A stretch of DNA of 58,348 bases, counting the filler, from Trypethelium eluteriae (Eukaryota), in NCBI GenBank assembly GCA_051942245.1. It is 4 parts of 4 records of this genome, joined end to end, with 100 filler letters (N's around TTAATTAATTAA, not from the genome) between each part and the next. Parts side by side here need not be neighbours in the genome. Positions count along the whole stretch, not along the records: positions 43,860 to 58,348 come from JAVECL010000688.1; 3 more parts are not named here. One strand, 5' to 3'. A program made the position numbers and the translations under genes. Of this stretch, positions 45,283 through 58,348 are shown piece by piece (position 1 is the stretch's first letter; each line of letters opens with the position of its first letter). The notes below the pieces were generated by a model. The model was not told where the DNA came from and ran no database searches. It saw nothing but the letters and a program-made list of their open reading frames with translations.

Positions 45283-48144
45283 TCACACCTGTTGCGTAGG
45301 TTGAGATGGATAGTACATCGCGCGTCCCTCTCGAATCTGCTTGTCCAAATCACCACGGCCCGTAGTCTCAAGCGTATGCAGAATCTCGGTTTGTTGCCCT
45401 TGATCCATGCCAAAGAGGTCGGGATCCAGGTAGAATGCATGCTGGGGGTCGGGATACAGTTGATAGTCGCTGAATGACTCGTCCTTCACTCCGTAGTGGC
45501 GAGGACTCTGTAATGGACTCCCATGACGCGAATACTTTGGACCGCCGTTTGAACTATCGAATTGATTTTTCAGGGATTTATCCCAGGGCAAATTTGAAAA
45601 GTTCGGCGGGACAAGCAGAGAAGATTCTGGATCCGGCTCAAGCACGGAACGGAAGGGTTGGAGATTTGGGACCGTCGTGGGGCTGAGCGGGATTGACGCC
45701 CGAGGTGTTCTCGCCTCATACGGTTGGGACGTATCAATGCCAGATACCAAATCCGGAACTGGGATTGTGCTTGGGAGTCGTTGGAGGTTCGCAGGAGGGG
45801 TGTCCGTTCGCAGCGGTGCTAGCGTTGGAGGCTGTGAGAAATCAAAGGTACTGGGGGAAGGAAGCCCATGAAGCGGCACAACGAAATCGTAAAGGCCGGC
45901 GGCCTCTAGTCCAACATTCGATTGTCGGGTATAGGCCTGCTGGACGGTATCGGTAGATTCCGGAGTGGTAGCAATCGAAGGAGTCGGGAGTGTTGCCGGA
46001 CTCTCGGTCCGTGACCGATAATGGGATTGTACTGACTCTGGCGAGGTACTGTCGTCGGGTGAGGGCGCCGCAACTGGCAAATCACCATTCATGTCGTAAA
46101 TCCTCAGGCACGATCCTATGAGATTGCGGTATAGCTCATGAGCGGATGCCACACCGGGCCAACGTTCGGATGCCAGCAGGATTGCATCGAGAGAAATATT
46201 GAAGAGCTCAGACACCTTTTCTTTCGAGTTCGTTCGTCTGATCTCGGCGTACGAAAGACACCAGAGCAACGTGTTGACAGCCATGAAAAGCGACTGAGAA
46301 AAAATCCAGGTGAGCTCGATACTTCGCGTCTCCGCTTGTTTACGTTGGCTATAGATGTTAAATTCGCAGGCTTCGAAACATTTCCTTGCCGCGTCAACTG
46401 AGGGCCGAGGAATCTGGGGACATGGGCGATATAGTAATACGACCATAGTGTGATAGCGCCCAATAAACCTGCGGAAAAAAACTTATGAGTACTAGTAGAG
46501 GCATAAAAATAAAATAGGGGAAAGCCTTCAAAGACGAGGTGTGCCGGGTTAAGCCGTTTTATAGCAGCTGCATTTAGGTAGACGGATAGGGGACGGTCTT
46601 TTGAGACTCACCAGAATTTATCCAAGCCCATACCTACATCATCCTCAGGGGAAATATCTCTCCATTTCTTCATCTTCTTTTCCATGTGCTGAAACCAGGG
46701 ATGGCGGTCATCCTTCGGCTCGTCTCGCTTCTTAAGATACAACTTCCTCCTTATCTCAAGTTGCAAGAGTCTCATTTTTGTGAAGTGGATGGCGACCCAT
46801 TTCCGCAGACTAGGTGTTCCTCCACCAGGAACAATGCCCTCAGGGGTAATAAACGCGTCGTCGACGGTACTAAACCATTTCACGTCAATGTGATCTTGAC
46901 TCGTAGCTAGAGCAGAAGGTCTTCCTAGGCTATGGGCCAATCCCAAATCCATGACCCAGGTGCACCAGAATAGACGACGTTTCATATCTATCTCCAAGAA
47001 ATCTGCAGTTCCTCCTCCCCGCGTTCTAGTCAAGGTGCGCTCTTCATTAAGGCCTAGAGATTGCAGAAGTCGCATTGCCAAGCCAATGATGTAGTACACT
47101 GCAGTCCGAGTTGAGGTTAAGAGGGAATATTCGCCAATTAGGCAACAACACTGCAAAGTCTTCAGATCCATCTTTTCGATGATTGGTTGCAAGGACTGAA
47201 GGGCCGCCAGATAGTACGAATCAGCTAAGCCTGCATACTGGGAATCGACCTTTTGGAGACTGATGGCAATCACCATGCGGACAACAAATTGTTGATACGG
47301 GTCATCGGAGCCGGCATACACAGCTTCAAGGTCCTTTTTGAATGTGGGCTCGTGCAGCATAGGATACCAGGGTTGGACTTGGGTCAGATATCAGCCAGAT
47401 CAATTCTTCATTGCTGCGACTTGCATTTTCTTACCTTTTAGATTAAACAAATGAACCAGTCTATCAACTAGCCCTCGATCCGAGGGAAGACCTTCGGCAG
47501 CGATGTTACTAGTCAGAGGATAGACCTTAGAAAACGGCTTGCCGTCCTCTTCCACAAAACGATCTTTAATGTCTTTTGCTTGAGCGTCCGTTATGACGTC
47601 CTTGATGGAATCGGAGCCTGTACATTCTTTTGCGAGCTGTATGACCAGCCGAGTCATGCAAATGCCGCTGGAGGGGCCCAGAAATTTGGCGTCTTCGCTT
47701 TCTTGCATCCGCACCGCAGCCGCACTCCGCATGATCACCTCGGGGTCTTCTAGCTCATCCGTCTTTACGATGGCGAGCTCGTTTTCTAGAGCCTTGACTC
47801 GATGCTGAAGATCGACAACGTAGCTGCGACTAACGGTCTTACGCTGCGCAGGGTCGTAGAAATCGCAGCGGCTGTTCGTACGTGCACAAGGCCCACACCG
47901 AGGCAAACCGGTATCGCATCTCGTCTTGCGCTATTTGCGAAGTCAGAATGGAATCACGTCGCGTGGACGCCTGCTCTCCTTCTCATCTCGTATTTTGAGA
48001 TGAATAACTTACCTGCCGACACCTGCAGCATGCAGCTAATGTATGCGCTATTCTGGGCGTCTCCTCTTTCTTGGAACCTCTCTTCGTAGAATGTCTTTGC
48101 GAATCGTCCCCCGCCCCGGGGGCGTTGATGTGTGATGTTTCCAT
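45283..48144 (-). CDS. Zn(II)2Cys6 transcription factor (UaY/Ppr1-like), multi-exon
   Basis: METSH...IAHTLAACCRCRQ|RKTRCDTGLPRCGPCARTNSRC, FLGPSSG, KRRLFWCTWVMDLGLAHSLGRPS, YHTMVVLLYRPCPQIPRPS, ERWPG. Confidence 0.92.
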
Positions 48145-49386
48145 AGAACGCACGTGGGGGCAAAATGGGTCCTGTCAGGTCAGATAAAAAGTCCGAGCTG
48201 GTTGCAATCTAGTAATTGTTAGAGATTGTCTCTGGCTGTCGCCATAAAGCCTAGGCGAGTCATGAAGAAGGCTCAGCTATGCAGAGTAAGTGGGTAGATG
48301 AGTACGCAAGGCTGCAGGCAAGATACGATAGAGTAAGGTATGGAGGGGAGATTGAAGGGTGGGGCAACCGAACAGCAAGAAGTAGTTACGCAGATGGGCA
48401 TATAAGGCGTGTAGCAGCGGGTGCAGGGTTCAGCAATTGCAAGGGAAGCAAATTAAGTTCATAGGCCCAGAATTATTATTTAGTGTACAGAGGCTAAGCT
48501 TGGCCGGCGGAGGGGCTGGCGAGAGTGTGCCGGACCGGGGCAATAGCACGGAATACACCATCTAGGCACGTCTCTGCTTTGCTTCATCCGTCTTTGCGAC
48601 TGATCGGCCGAGGGGCTTTTTCGCTGTGCGTGACTCTGCTCTGTTGTGTTGTGTCGCGCTGGGTTGTGTTGCTTTGTTTTTGCTCTGCCTTTGCCCTTCA
48701 GTGCCTTCCAACAGCACTGCGGTCGAGAACGGAGTCGTTTCAGCCATCCAAGCGTTTCATCTTGCCCAAAACGAGGCGAAGTCCCTTCAGCTTTGCTTAG
48801 TTCGCCAACCTATCATCTGGCCTGGCCTATTCGCCATCTCCTTCGGGCGATTGTTTTGAACATCGAAAACGGTAGACGTACTTCAAATCAACGGTTCGCC
48901 GGAAAAGAGCTGTTCTCTTCCGCCCAAAAAGGTTTCACGCTTGGCTGGGGCGTAGACCAATCCATCCGACCAATACGTACTACGTACCTGTACCACTCTG
49001 CCGTGGCCCTAAACCCACCTACCTAACCTACCTTTGGGCCGAAGCTCTTAAGGATCAGCGCTAAATAAGAAGTAATTCCGGTGCGTCATGGAGCTGCATC
49101 CTTAGGCACATCCTGTGCTCTCATACATTTTACGCTTGATTTGCATCCCATCCCTTCTCTGTTTTGCCCCTTTCGTCAGAGACAGCAGTATAAGACACAT
49201 CGTTCCCTCACTTACTGTACAGCGTGGCAAGATACTCGTTCCGGCGCCCGTCTTCTGTCAATTGTTCTTTTTCTTTGGGAGTGGTTTCCGTTCTTTTTGT
49301 TTCGTGTTTCTATGTTCTCAGTGGCCTCGAACTCGGGCTCACACATAAACAGCCCAAGTCTCATCAATACGTTAGGTAGCAACACT

Positions 49387-51525
49387 ATGGTTGGCCTGGA
49401 CACCCCCTTGCTGCGTGTCAGTCGACCTGTGGCGGCATGCTCACGTTGCCGTTCTGCCAAGGTCAAATGTGATGGAAAATTACCGGCATGCAGTGCCTGC
49501 GAGAGGGCCGGAAAGGCTGATGAATGCTCAAGCACAAGTGATGAATTCGCCAAGGGCAAAGAACGCAACTACGTTGCTACCTTAGAAATGCGGATTGAGA
49601 AGCTTGAAGCGCAGATCAAAGCCATACGCGAAGAGAAGGATCGGCGCAAGTCATCTTCTGTCATGGCCGAGGTGGACGGCATGGCCCCATCTCGTCGAGC
49701 CTCAGAAAATCCAAAGATGGCGCAACGCGAAGAAAGAATGGCACAACGAAAAGAAGCCTCGAATATCGATGAGCTTGTTGCTGATTTTGGACTCCTGTAA
49801 GGCATCAGTTCCATTTTTTGGCTAGGGCCTGAACTAACAGTCTCCAGCGCCGTCAATTCTACAGCTCGTGATTATTATGGATTCACAGCTCCAGTATCAT
49901 ATTGCCGTCTCATTCTTTCGGCATGCACAAAGGAAGCCTTGCCTACCAATCCAAAGAAAGAATTACCTCCCAGATATCGGGCGCAGTTTCTGATTCAACA
50001 TTTTCTCACCAATGTTTTCGTCCTTCACCCCGTCTTTGAGGAGACAAGCTTTTATACCGCAGTCGATGCTGTCTATAATCCTCAGCCATCCAGCGCCAGT
50101 CCATTTGACTATTGGGGAGTATACATGGTATTGGCTATTTCCTCTGCCTCACGTTCGGCGGAACGTGGGGACGCCGAATATCAAGATGCTGTAGGATACG
50201 TCACTGCTGCACTCGAATATGCAGAGTATGTGATTCGTCCCGGATCCATTGCCAGCGTCCAGTCAATGTTGCTATTGGTCCTCTACTCCTTGCTGGATCC
50301 TCATCACTACGATAGCTGGACGATTGTAGGGGCCGTGTCTCGAGTCTTGGTGGATTTGGGCTTGCACCAGCAGGTGCCGAAAGGGGCACCGAGATTGTCC
50401 CATCCTAAGCGTATGACTCGGAAGCGGATCTTTTGGTGCCTGTATGCCTTGGACCGGTCGACCAGTCTAGCTCAGGCTCGAGCGTTCTCTTTCTCTGATG
50501 ATTCTTGTAACATTGGGCCGGTCAGGGCCGTCACAGCTGAAAAGTTGGTGGAGATGAACATGGGAAGGAGACAGAGTCAAGACCAGAACAGTCATATTGA
50601 CCAAAGGGACGCTCTGGTACTGTTCATGCAGCCGATAACACCAGCGATTGCACTGTTCGAATTGCGCAAAATCCAGTCCAAGTTTTACACGGAGCTTTTC
50701 CAATCCGGACAAACTCCTTGGCCAGAGTCCCACACCCAAATTTGGCCTGCACTTAAAGCCCTACGCCGTTGGTGGAATGACCTGCCATCTTCACTCCATC
50801 ACGTCTGCAAGGATTACCTTGAGCTTGAAATGCTATACACCAGCGTCTACGTCCTTGGACCGTCGCCGCGAGTACCTCAAACCAGCGCACTGGCGCAAAC
50901 TCTGATTTTTGAATATGCTACGGGGTATGCTCACAAAATGTTTCGATTGCTGTATGCTGCGCGGAATGGCGACCCTCCACGTGCAGCACCACTCTCATTC
51001 CATGATGCGATGAAGGCATACATGACAGGGAGACAGCTGCTTGACATCTTGCGATTGAACGAAGAGAACGTTCTATTCGGAGATGTTGCCGAGGCAGCTC
51101 TCTCACCTCCAAGTAGCACTACTTTTCCTACCGCTCTGTCTCCCCCCAGCAGTACGAATTTGCCGCCGCTGACTCCAGCTCCGCTGTCTGCGCAAGAGCC
51201 GTACTTCACCGGGGCAGAGGCAGGTGGACCTCCAAATGCTGGAAGGGCAATTTCGTGTATCAGTATGTTCGATGATATCCTTGGCTGGCTCGGGATAAGA
51301 TGGGGTTCTGTAAACTGGCAGACCCAATTCCAGAGGGATGCCAAACCCGTGCTTGATAGACTCCATTCGTGGACTGCTGGACCTTTTCGAAGTCCCATGA
51401 CTGCTCCTCCAACAGGAAGCAATGTTCATACGGCGAGTTTGTATCCGGTACCCTATGCTCCACCGCCTCCCCAGCCGTCCTTCTCTGCGAGTCAAGGACA
51501 AGAGGGTTATTCTACCTGGTCATGA
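49387..51525 (+). CDS. Zn(II)2Cys6 transcription factor (Stb5/UaY-like), 2 exons
   Basis: LLRVSRPVAACSRCRSAKVKCDGKLPACSACERAGKADEC, VDLGLHQ...RKRIFWCLYALDRSTS...RAFSFSDDS; intron ~49797-49847. Confidence 0.92.
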
Positions 51526-51990
51526 GAGCAACGCGGATTACGCAACATTTGTGGCAGTAATACGAGCTATGCTGAGTGATTCTGCACTGATCCTCATGAG
51601 GCCCGATCGAAATTTGAAGACGAAGTCGAACGAGCCTGCAAGACTTATGCGCTTCGTTGTTAGTTGTCGAGATCGAGATTTCCGAACTTGGGATGTGGAC
51701 GATATTGAGGCCTATCGCATTGATGACAGACTCAGACTTGCCTTTTCAAAGATCACCGACACAAGAGGCTCACGCCGGTGCGCATCACAGTGAATCACCT
51801 GGTTAGCCACAGACGAGTCTGGGTAAACACAAAAGCTATCACTGCACGGCCCCGACGGTTTTGCACTGGTGGGCCTCAAAAGTATCTTTAAATAGGGACG
51901 GGCTCATTCGTCCCCTCATCATTGTCATGACAACGCGGTTTTGGGGAGGTGGGGTTCCTTAGAAAAACGCAAAAACTTACGTATGTATAA

Positions 51991-53849
51991 TCACGAAAGC
52001 ATGTCTGTCCCTTTGGTTTTTCTGGCATCCATCTTTGCAGTTCGTGCGCCAAATTGTATCTGTTGCATCATCAGCTTGCAGGCAAGCACCCACGACTTCA
52101 GGTCATTGAACCCACAGCGCGTTTCTTCTCGTTAGCCACTTGTTGCATGCCAAGTTTGCAGGCCAAAAGCCTTAGAAGCTTCTTGCCGGGCTCCAGAAAA
52201 TTAGCTTTGCTCTTGCCATCAGTATGAGGCCACTCTGACGTCCAGAAACCACACTTTTGCCATACGGGCGTTGCCATTGCCCAAGCAAAGAGTGTCTCGT
52301 CAAGGTACGGATAGCGCACTTCTCGACCCCAGTGAGATATTACTCGATCATCGCGTCCAAGGTTTCGCTTGCCTATTCGACTGATATCGAGATTGAGCTC
52401 ATCTAGAAGCCCCTCAAAATGAGAGCGCGCAAAGGCTGTAGCATGTCGTTGATAGCCTCCAAACAGTTCGTCGGCGCCAAGACCTGATAGAAGCACGCGA
52501 GCTGGAGTCCTATATGCACTTCTGGTGGCGGTACCTGCATCTTGCACCTTGCCAATGCCTCGAGCCGCGAAGTATAGAGCGAGAGCGATGGATAGATCCA
52601 TTTCCGTATTGTGGGGTTTCATCAGCTCGATGATCGTTTGACGATTCTCTATGGTTTCACTATATGGTACATCGATTTCAACAAACCTCCACGTGCGATT
52701 TGGGCAGACACGTCTGAGCTCTTCCACAGACTGGTGCCCAGTGATCCTGTCAGGACACGTTTCGAATGGTGATGAAATGTTGTTATGGATGCGTGGGTTT
52801 TCGAAGGCAACGTTCAGGAGATCGATAGTCTCGTGGCAAGGGAGAAGTTCGTGGGAAACACGAGCGATAAGAGAACAGTCAAGGCCTCCAGAAAAGAGAA
52901 TAGCAATCTTGGACATTGACGTTAGCATTTCTGCTTGTTGATTTGGGTGCGTGGAAGGGATATCGAGAATTCGCAATTGAAGCGAATGACGCAAGTTTGA
53001 TTCTATTTCGTGAACTGAGTAAGATGCCGGCGTGAGTGGGCTCGAGTCAGATGTTGGTAATTCTTTGTTCAAGTGGCCTTGCCATATTACCTAGATAAGG
53101 ATCAGTGTTTTCTCTTAGAGTTTTGCGACTTGGCCCGCATTTTGTACCTCGGACGCCGATAGGCTGCCATTTTGATTTTGTGAGCAGTGAGTTTGAGCGT
53201 TCAGCGAAGACCACGACTGTATGATCGGCCTTATTCTGTTGCCATTCTGTGGCGTGTTTTCGGTCAAATTGATGACATAGAAACCATCCGTTGCAACCTC
53301 AGACCAATGGTCATTACTCTCCCAAGTCCCCAGACTGCACAGAGAAAAACTATCGAGTTTCTGGCACTGTAGGAGGGAACGCCGACCAAGACGGTCTCTG
53401 CCAAAGTGAACTTGGCCAGATATCTGATCGAAAAGTACAAAGGAAAAAGGCCCCGCCACAGAAGCGAGTAACTGTGTGATGACCACTTGCCTTGTATCCG
53501 TGGATGAAGCTACGTGCTGTGTTAGAGCGGTGATAAGCATGTGAAAGATGACTTGAGCATCATTCCCAGAAATTGGGCATTCGCCTATCTTCCAAGCTTC
53601 GCCGTTCCAGCACAGGACCAAGCCGGCAGCTTCATCTTGTAGCGGTTGGGAAACTACTTGATCTCCGCGAAGTGACAGCACAGTTGACTGGATAGCGAGG
53701 CATACGCTATTTTCTGCGCTAGTCTTCTGCGGATGAGAAAATGCGAGTGAATGTTGGCTATCGGGACCGCGAGAGTGCAGCAAATACTTCAACTTGGCGT
53801 CCGGCCAGAGGAAGTCTGACTTGTCTATTGAAAAATAGATGCCGCACAT
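51991..53849 (-). CDS. Asparagine synthetase domain-containing protein (ASNSD1/YML096W-like), 3 exons
   Basis: MCGIYFS (Ntn fold), RGPD, STVLSLRG, WNGE, GRDRLGRRSLL, LFSGGLDC, LSGLGADELFGGYQRH, RNLGRDDR, KKRA|IQFGARTAKM. Confidence 0.93.
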
Positions 53850-54002
53850 GAGCTGCGCGTCGCTGCAGTTGAGTGTCAGCGGCGCTCCAATGAAGCTAAA
53901 GTAAAAAGATCCCAGAGGAGGATTCCACGAATTTGCAGAGGTTGTGTGGTTGTTGTGAGATCGGGCCCGCCGTGAACGGTGAAGGCAAACAACGTCACAG
54001 AC

Positions 54003-54029
54003 CCGAAACACCGAAACACCGAAACGCGT
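54003..54029 (+). repeat. 8-bp tandem repeat (CCGAAACA x3) ending in an ACGCGT site, in the ASNSD1/VPS9 divergent promoter
   Basis: CCGAAACA CCGAAACA CCGAAACG CGT. Confidence 0.6.
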
Positions 54030-54230
54030 ATCATAGGTAGATCTAGGTAGGTCTGCGCCCCACTCATCGCCAGCTGTACAATTCGCCCTCAACATCCCAG
54101 GATCAGTACTTGGCTTCCATCCCTCAAAGGAAGAAACGCCAGACCTAAAGACCAGAATTTCCTCCGATGTACTGCAAAACGTTGCACATCTGACTACCCG
54201 TCCCTTGTCACGAAGACCTCGAGGTGGCAT

Positions 54231-56922
54231 ATGTCTTCTGCAATTGAGCCTATCTCAACATCCGAGGCCCCTCAAGATTTGTCAAGGAATAGAAGAGCTC
54301 AGGACAATCCGGACTCATCGGAGGAGACAAAGGTGTTGGAAGGCTGTGACGAAGGCGGAGAGAAAGATGGTCTGGACTCTGAGGCACCGGTGGAGAGCGG
54401 TTTCTCGGAAGACTCCCCAGATGCAAAGGCGGATCAACACGGATTTGTCGAATCCCACAATCAAGACACCAAGGATTCTCAGCAGCAGAATGCAGGTCGG
54501 ACCGACGCAGAGATAATCACAGGCGAAGAACTGAGACAAGATCGTGGGTATCGTTGGAAAGAGACGAGTAATGACGCGGGCAACCTATCAGACTTACTAC
54601 AGAATGCAAGAGTAGGGAATGGAGAACCTAAGGAATACACACTCAGTCCTGCTGAGGTTTCCTCCAAAGGAGTGACGGACAAATCAAGGGAAGATGGGCA
54701 GATACAGAACGACGGCGATCGGCAACGGCCTATTCGTGTGGACACAGCTGTTCCTGTTGGCAGCGTACGAACAGGAGATGGGCCAGAAGGTGTCGTCGGG
54801 GAATCAGATCAAAACGGCAAATCTGAAATACAGAGTATAATGGACCAGTTTGAAGAGGGTAAAGGGGCACCGGGTGAGAACGAAATCATGTCTCCTCGTC
54901 TCGAAATTGCCCAACCTCAGACATTTCCTCCGAGGAGTTCTAGTCTCGAACCCGTTAAACGTAACTCGATCCCGCCCGAAACCTCATCGGGAACAGGCTT
55001 TATACCCCTAAGCAAACAATCCACTGGTCAATCAATTTCGAATAGATCTTCCGTAGCGTTCAGCGATGGTCAGGGGCGATCTTCGGAAACCACGCTTTTG
55101 TCACCTGATCTAAATTCATCACCAAGGTCATCCATGTCTGCGTTTAAACCTCCACCTCCTGAGCCAGATCCTGAACCCGATTTGCCATTCGACTTTCATC
55201 GCTTCCTTGAACAACTACGACACCGAACTGCCGATCCAGTAGCGAAATTTCTGCGCTCCTTTCTCCTCGAGTTCGGCAAGAAGCAGTGGATGGTACATGA
55301 ACAAGTGAAGATCATCAGTGATTTCCTAGAGTTCATTGCCAAAAAGATGTCACAGTGCGAAGTTTGGCGAACGGTATCGGATGCGGAATTTGATAATGCT
55401 AGAGAAGGAATGGAGAAATTGGTGATGAACCGTCTCTACAACCAAACGTTTTCGCCGGCGATTCCTGCCCCAGAGCCCGCGCCTGGCAAGGGACGAAGGA
55501 AAAATCCACAACTGCAGAACGGACCCGGTCGTGGGGGTCAGCATCAAGAAGATGTAGAGAGGGATGAAGTTTTGGCGCAGAAAGTTCGAATCTATGGGTG
55601 GGTCCGAGAGGAGCATTTGGATATCAAGCCGATTGGCGAAAAAGGACGCAAATTTCTAAAGCTTGCTCAGCAAGGTACATGCTATCGTCCAACCGAATGA
55701 TCCACGACCTGACAAAGATCAGAACTCCTAAAAATTACAAGTTATCGCGCTCCACGAGACAAAGTCATATGCGTACTGAATTGTTGCAAAGTAATCTTCG
55801 GTGAGTTTTGCTTGATGTGCTACAATATCAGGATTACTGACTATGTCTAGGCTTCCTGCGCAACTCGAAGTCCGATCAGTCTGCAGATTCGTTCGTGCCT
55901 TTACTCATATACACAGTGCTTCAGGCAAACCCCGATCACTTAGTATCGAACGTTCAATACATTTTGCGATTTCGAAATCAGGACAAACTTGGAGGTGAAG
56001 CTGGGTATTATATGTCTTCTCTGGTAGGTGATTCCACCAATTTCTCTCCGATGCATCCTAATTCCTGTAGATGGGTGCGGTTCAGTTTATTGAAAATCTG
56101 GATCGTACGAGCCTTACCGTATCAAATGAAGAATTTGAGAAGAACGTTGAGGCGGCAGTCTCGGCAATTGCAGAGCGTCATAGCGAAGAGATGAAAGCTG
56201 CTGCCCCAATCCATCCCCCACTAGTTTCCGAGAAGTCGTCGCTCAGTAGACCTGAAGTGACACCTCGTAACTCTCTTGAAGCCGAACGATCTTCGCCGCT
56301 CCGTCGTGGCGGTTCGTTACGAAATACCACTGAAAGCAGTGATAACGAGGAGAACGCGGCCGTGGCCGGCTTGCTACGAACAATTCAGAAACCACTCTCG
56401 ACCATCGGTCGTATTTTCTCCGACGATGGTGCTTCGCAAAATGGACAGCAACAACATCTGGTACCTGCACAACCAGTGACCACGCCCAGGCTTTCTCCCT
56501 CTCCACAGATACAAAGAAATCCGAGTGGGGACAGGAGGGAGCAGCAACCATCCTATGATGACAAGCAAGGCCAAATTAGTCCAGCGCCACCGCGAATGAG
56601 CGCAGAAGATGCAGCAGCGCGCCAAGCTAGTGCAGAGGCGGCCGAGGCGCAAAGGATATCACGAGCAGAGCATCGAGATGTTGTTGAGTATGAGCGAGCC
56701 AATCTTCCCTAATCAATCAACAGCCATTTCGTCCATTGCTGACTCTCAATAGGACTTTGTCCGGGATGTTTCCAGATCTCGATAGAGATGTCATATCCGA
56801 TGTTGTACGGCAGAAAGAGGGCAGGTGAGACTATCCTCGTTTATTTAGATTTTCCAGCCATTAGTTGACATAGAACCAGGGTTGGCCTTGCTGTAGACGC
56901 GTGCCTTGCACTAAATAATTGA
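54231..56922 (+). CDS. VPS9: Vps9 Rab5 guanine-nucleotide exchange factor with C-terminal CUE domain, multi-exon
   Basis: PFDFHRFLEQLR, AREGMEKLVMNRLY, YRAPRDKVICVLNCCKVIFG, SADSFVPLLIYTVLQANP, GEAGYYMSSL, final TLSGMFPDLDRDVISDVVRQKEGR|VGLAVDACLAL. Confidence 0.95.
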
Positions 56923-57504
56923 TATTCTTGAGCATTGCGAATGGGTCGAGTCTTGCATGGCGAGAGGTGTTGATGGCATTCTCCTATCTAGTCAACGCTC
57001 TTGTAGATAGATATTCCCTGTTAACGTGTGTCATGTATTACATTAGACTATCTTATGCAGCCACGAAAGTACGAGGGTACGTTTTTCTCATGGAGAGATA
57101 AGCTTGGACTGTGCAATGCCCTTGCGGGCAAACTCCTGTTCCAAGTTGAAAGACGGAAGCATTCTGAGGTCCTTTGCCGACAGTAGCCGAAAATCGCAGT
57201 GGATTTTGGAAGGACGGCAAGCTCCACCAGTCTCCTACACATAATAATCTAACGGTGTGTGTGAGAAGGCAATCTAAATACGTAAGCACGAATGGTGTTC
57301 ATCATCAGTACCTCTTACAGCTAGGGTATACTCCATAGATACTATCCCCTCTGAAGCTAAATCTATGAGTTCCCACTGCCCATTCTACAGCATTATATTC
57401 GTGCCACCACACGCTATGAATTCACCAGGCTGATGCTCTATAGAATTTTATATCAGAATCGAGCTCTTGAGTCCAAATTAGTGTAAAAGAAAGCTAAGGT
57501 CACC

Positions 57505-58348
57505 ATGGGTACCAAGAATCGTATCATCATTGATACTGATCCTGTAGGCTGGGACCTCACTCTGAACGACTACTCATTCAGTAAGCTGATTTGAGATTTG
57601 AGGGTGTCGATGATATTCTTGCTCTTCTGCTTGCGTTCTGTTCTCAAAAAAACGAGCTTCAAGAAGATGAATTAGAGATTCTGCTCATCTCGGTTACTTT
57701 CGGCAACGTGGAAGTTCTCAATTGTCTTCGCAATGTCGTTTCTCTGTTCCACGTCATTGAAAAGGAACTCGAATGGCGGAAGAAGACCGGGCACCCAGAG
57801 GGTCTCGAGGCCTTGAAGCGTTTCAGACCTCGAGTTGCGGTTGGTGCAGATGAGCCGCTGGCGGATCAAATATTAATGGCCGATTACTTTCACGGAGTTG
57901 ACGGATTGGGCGGGATTCATTCTAGTGTAAATTCCCATCTCCCAAGACGATCGTCCTGGATAGTGCTAATGATAAAGAAGCATCCTCATCTGACACCGGC
58001 TGAGACATGGCGAGATCTCTTTACTACGACTTCTGCTTCCGGCTCTCCCGAGGAGAAACTCGCAGTCAACGAACTTCAGCACGGAGACACCCTGTTCACG
58101 CCCGTCCAGACTTCCGCCGACAAAGAAATACTCCGCCTCCTGGCTGAGAATGACCCAGACACCATTACCATAATCGCCCTGGGCCCCCTCACCAACCTCG
58201 CCCGCGCCGCTGCCACCGCTCCCGAAACCTTCCTCCGCGCCAAAGAAGTCGTCGTCATGGGCGGCGCCATCTCAACCCCAGGCAATGTACGCAGTAGCTC
58301 CTCCTCCTGCTCCTCCTCCTCCTCCTCTCCCCCTGTACCTCTATTTTC
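57505..58348 (+). CDS. Inosine/uridine-preferring nucleoside hydrolase; 3' end outside the window
   Basis: MGTKNRIIIDTDP|GVDDILALLLA (DxDxxxDD), SVTFGNV, FHGVDGLG, ALGPLTNLA, VVMGG. Confidence 0.93.

Noticed and set aside
51097..51168. 36-nt duplication (ALSPPSST x2) in the Stb5-like TF
   Set aside because: Ordinary low-complexity expansion in a disordered region.
53850..54230. N-terminal extension of ASNSD1 and a possible ASDURF-like uORF (53876-54034)
   Set aside because: The Ntn fold requires the MCGI start at 53849; the upstream ORF has no prefoldin-like coiled-coil character.
1..58348. tRNA, rRNA, telomerase RNA, TPP riboswitch, CRISPR array, intact transposon
   Set aside because: No diagnostic motifs found by eye; an Rfam/tRNAscan/repeat scan would be needed to exclude them formally.

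Overview
Intron-containing genomic DNA of a filamentous ascomycete (Pezizomycotina; the exact taxon cannot be determined here). It is made of four contigs joined by three artificial 100-bp spacers (N44-TTAATTAATTAA-N44). Most of the window is conserved housekeeping genes: partial pectinesterase, DUF2293 protein, DUF1763/Irc19-like, CCDC25/Jlp2, CK2 beta, Apc10, Tco89-like, Hbs1, Rad4/XPC, DJ-1/Hsp31, MTAP, ASNSD1, Vps9 and a nucleoside hydrolase. It also carries five Zn(II)2Cys6 transcription-factor genes, four of them in two head-to-head pairs. Most of contig 2 (~14.6-28.6 kb) looks like an accessory island. It holds a Cys-rich single-pass membrane protein, an intact Zn2Cys6 TF and an enoyl-reductase-like oxidoreductase, interspersed with decayed fragments of a HET-E-like NACHT NLR, a salicylate-hydroxylase-like FAD monooxygenase, a 2OG-Fe(II) dioxygenase and another fungal TF. 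The most unusual element is a multi-exon gene at 25958-28577 that I spliced by hand. It appears to fuse a fungal HeLo/SesA-like (STAND N-terminal) domain to a degenerate BAG-like domain and a Sis1-type DnaJ C-terminal domain with no J-domain, making it a candidate chaperone-linked cell-death or immune sensor. All family assignments come from motif recognition by eye, not from database searches.
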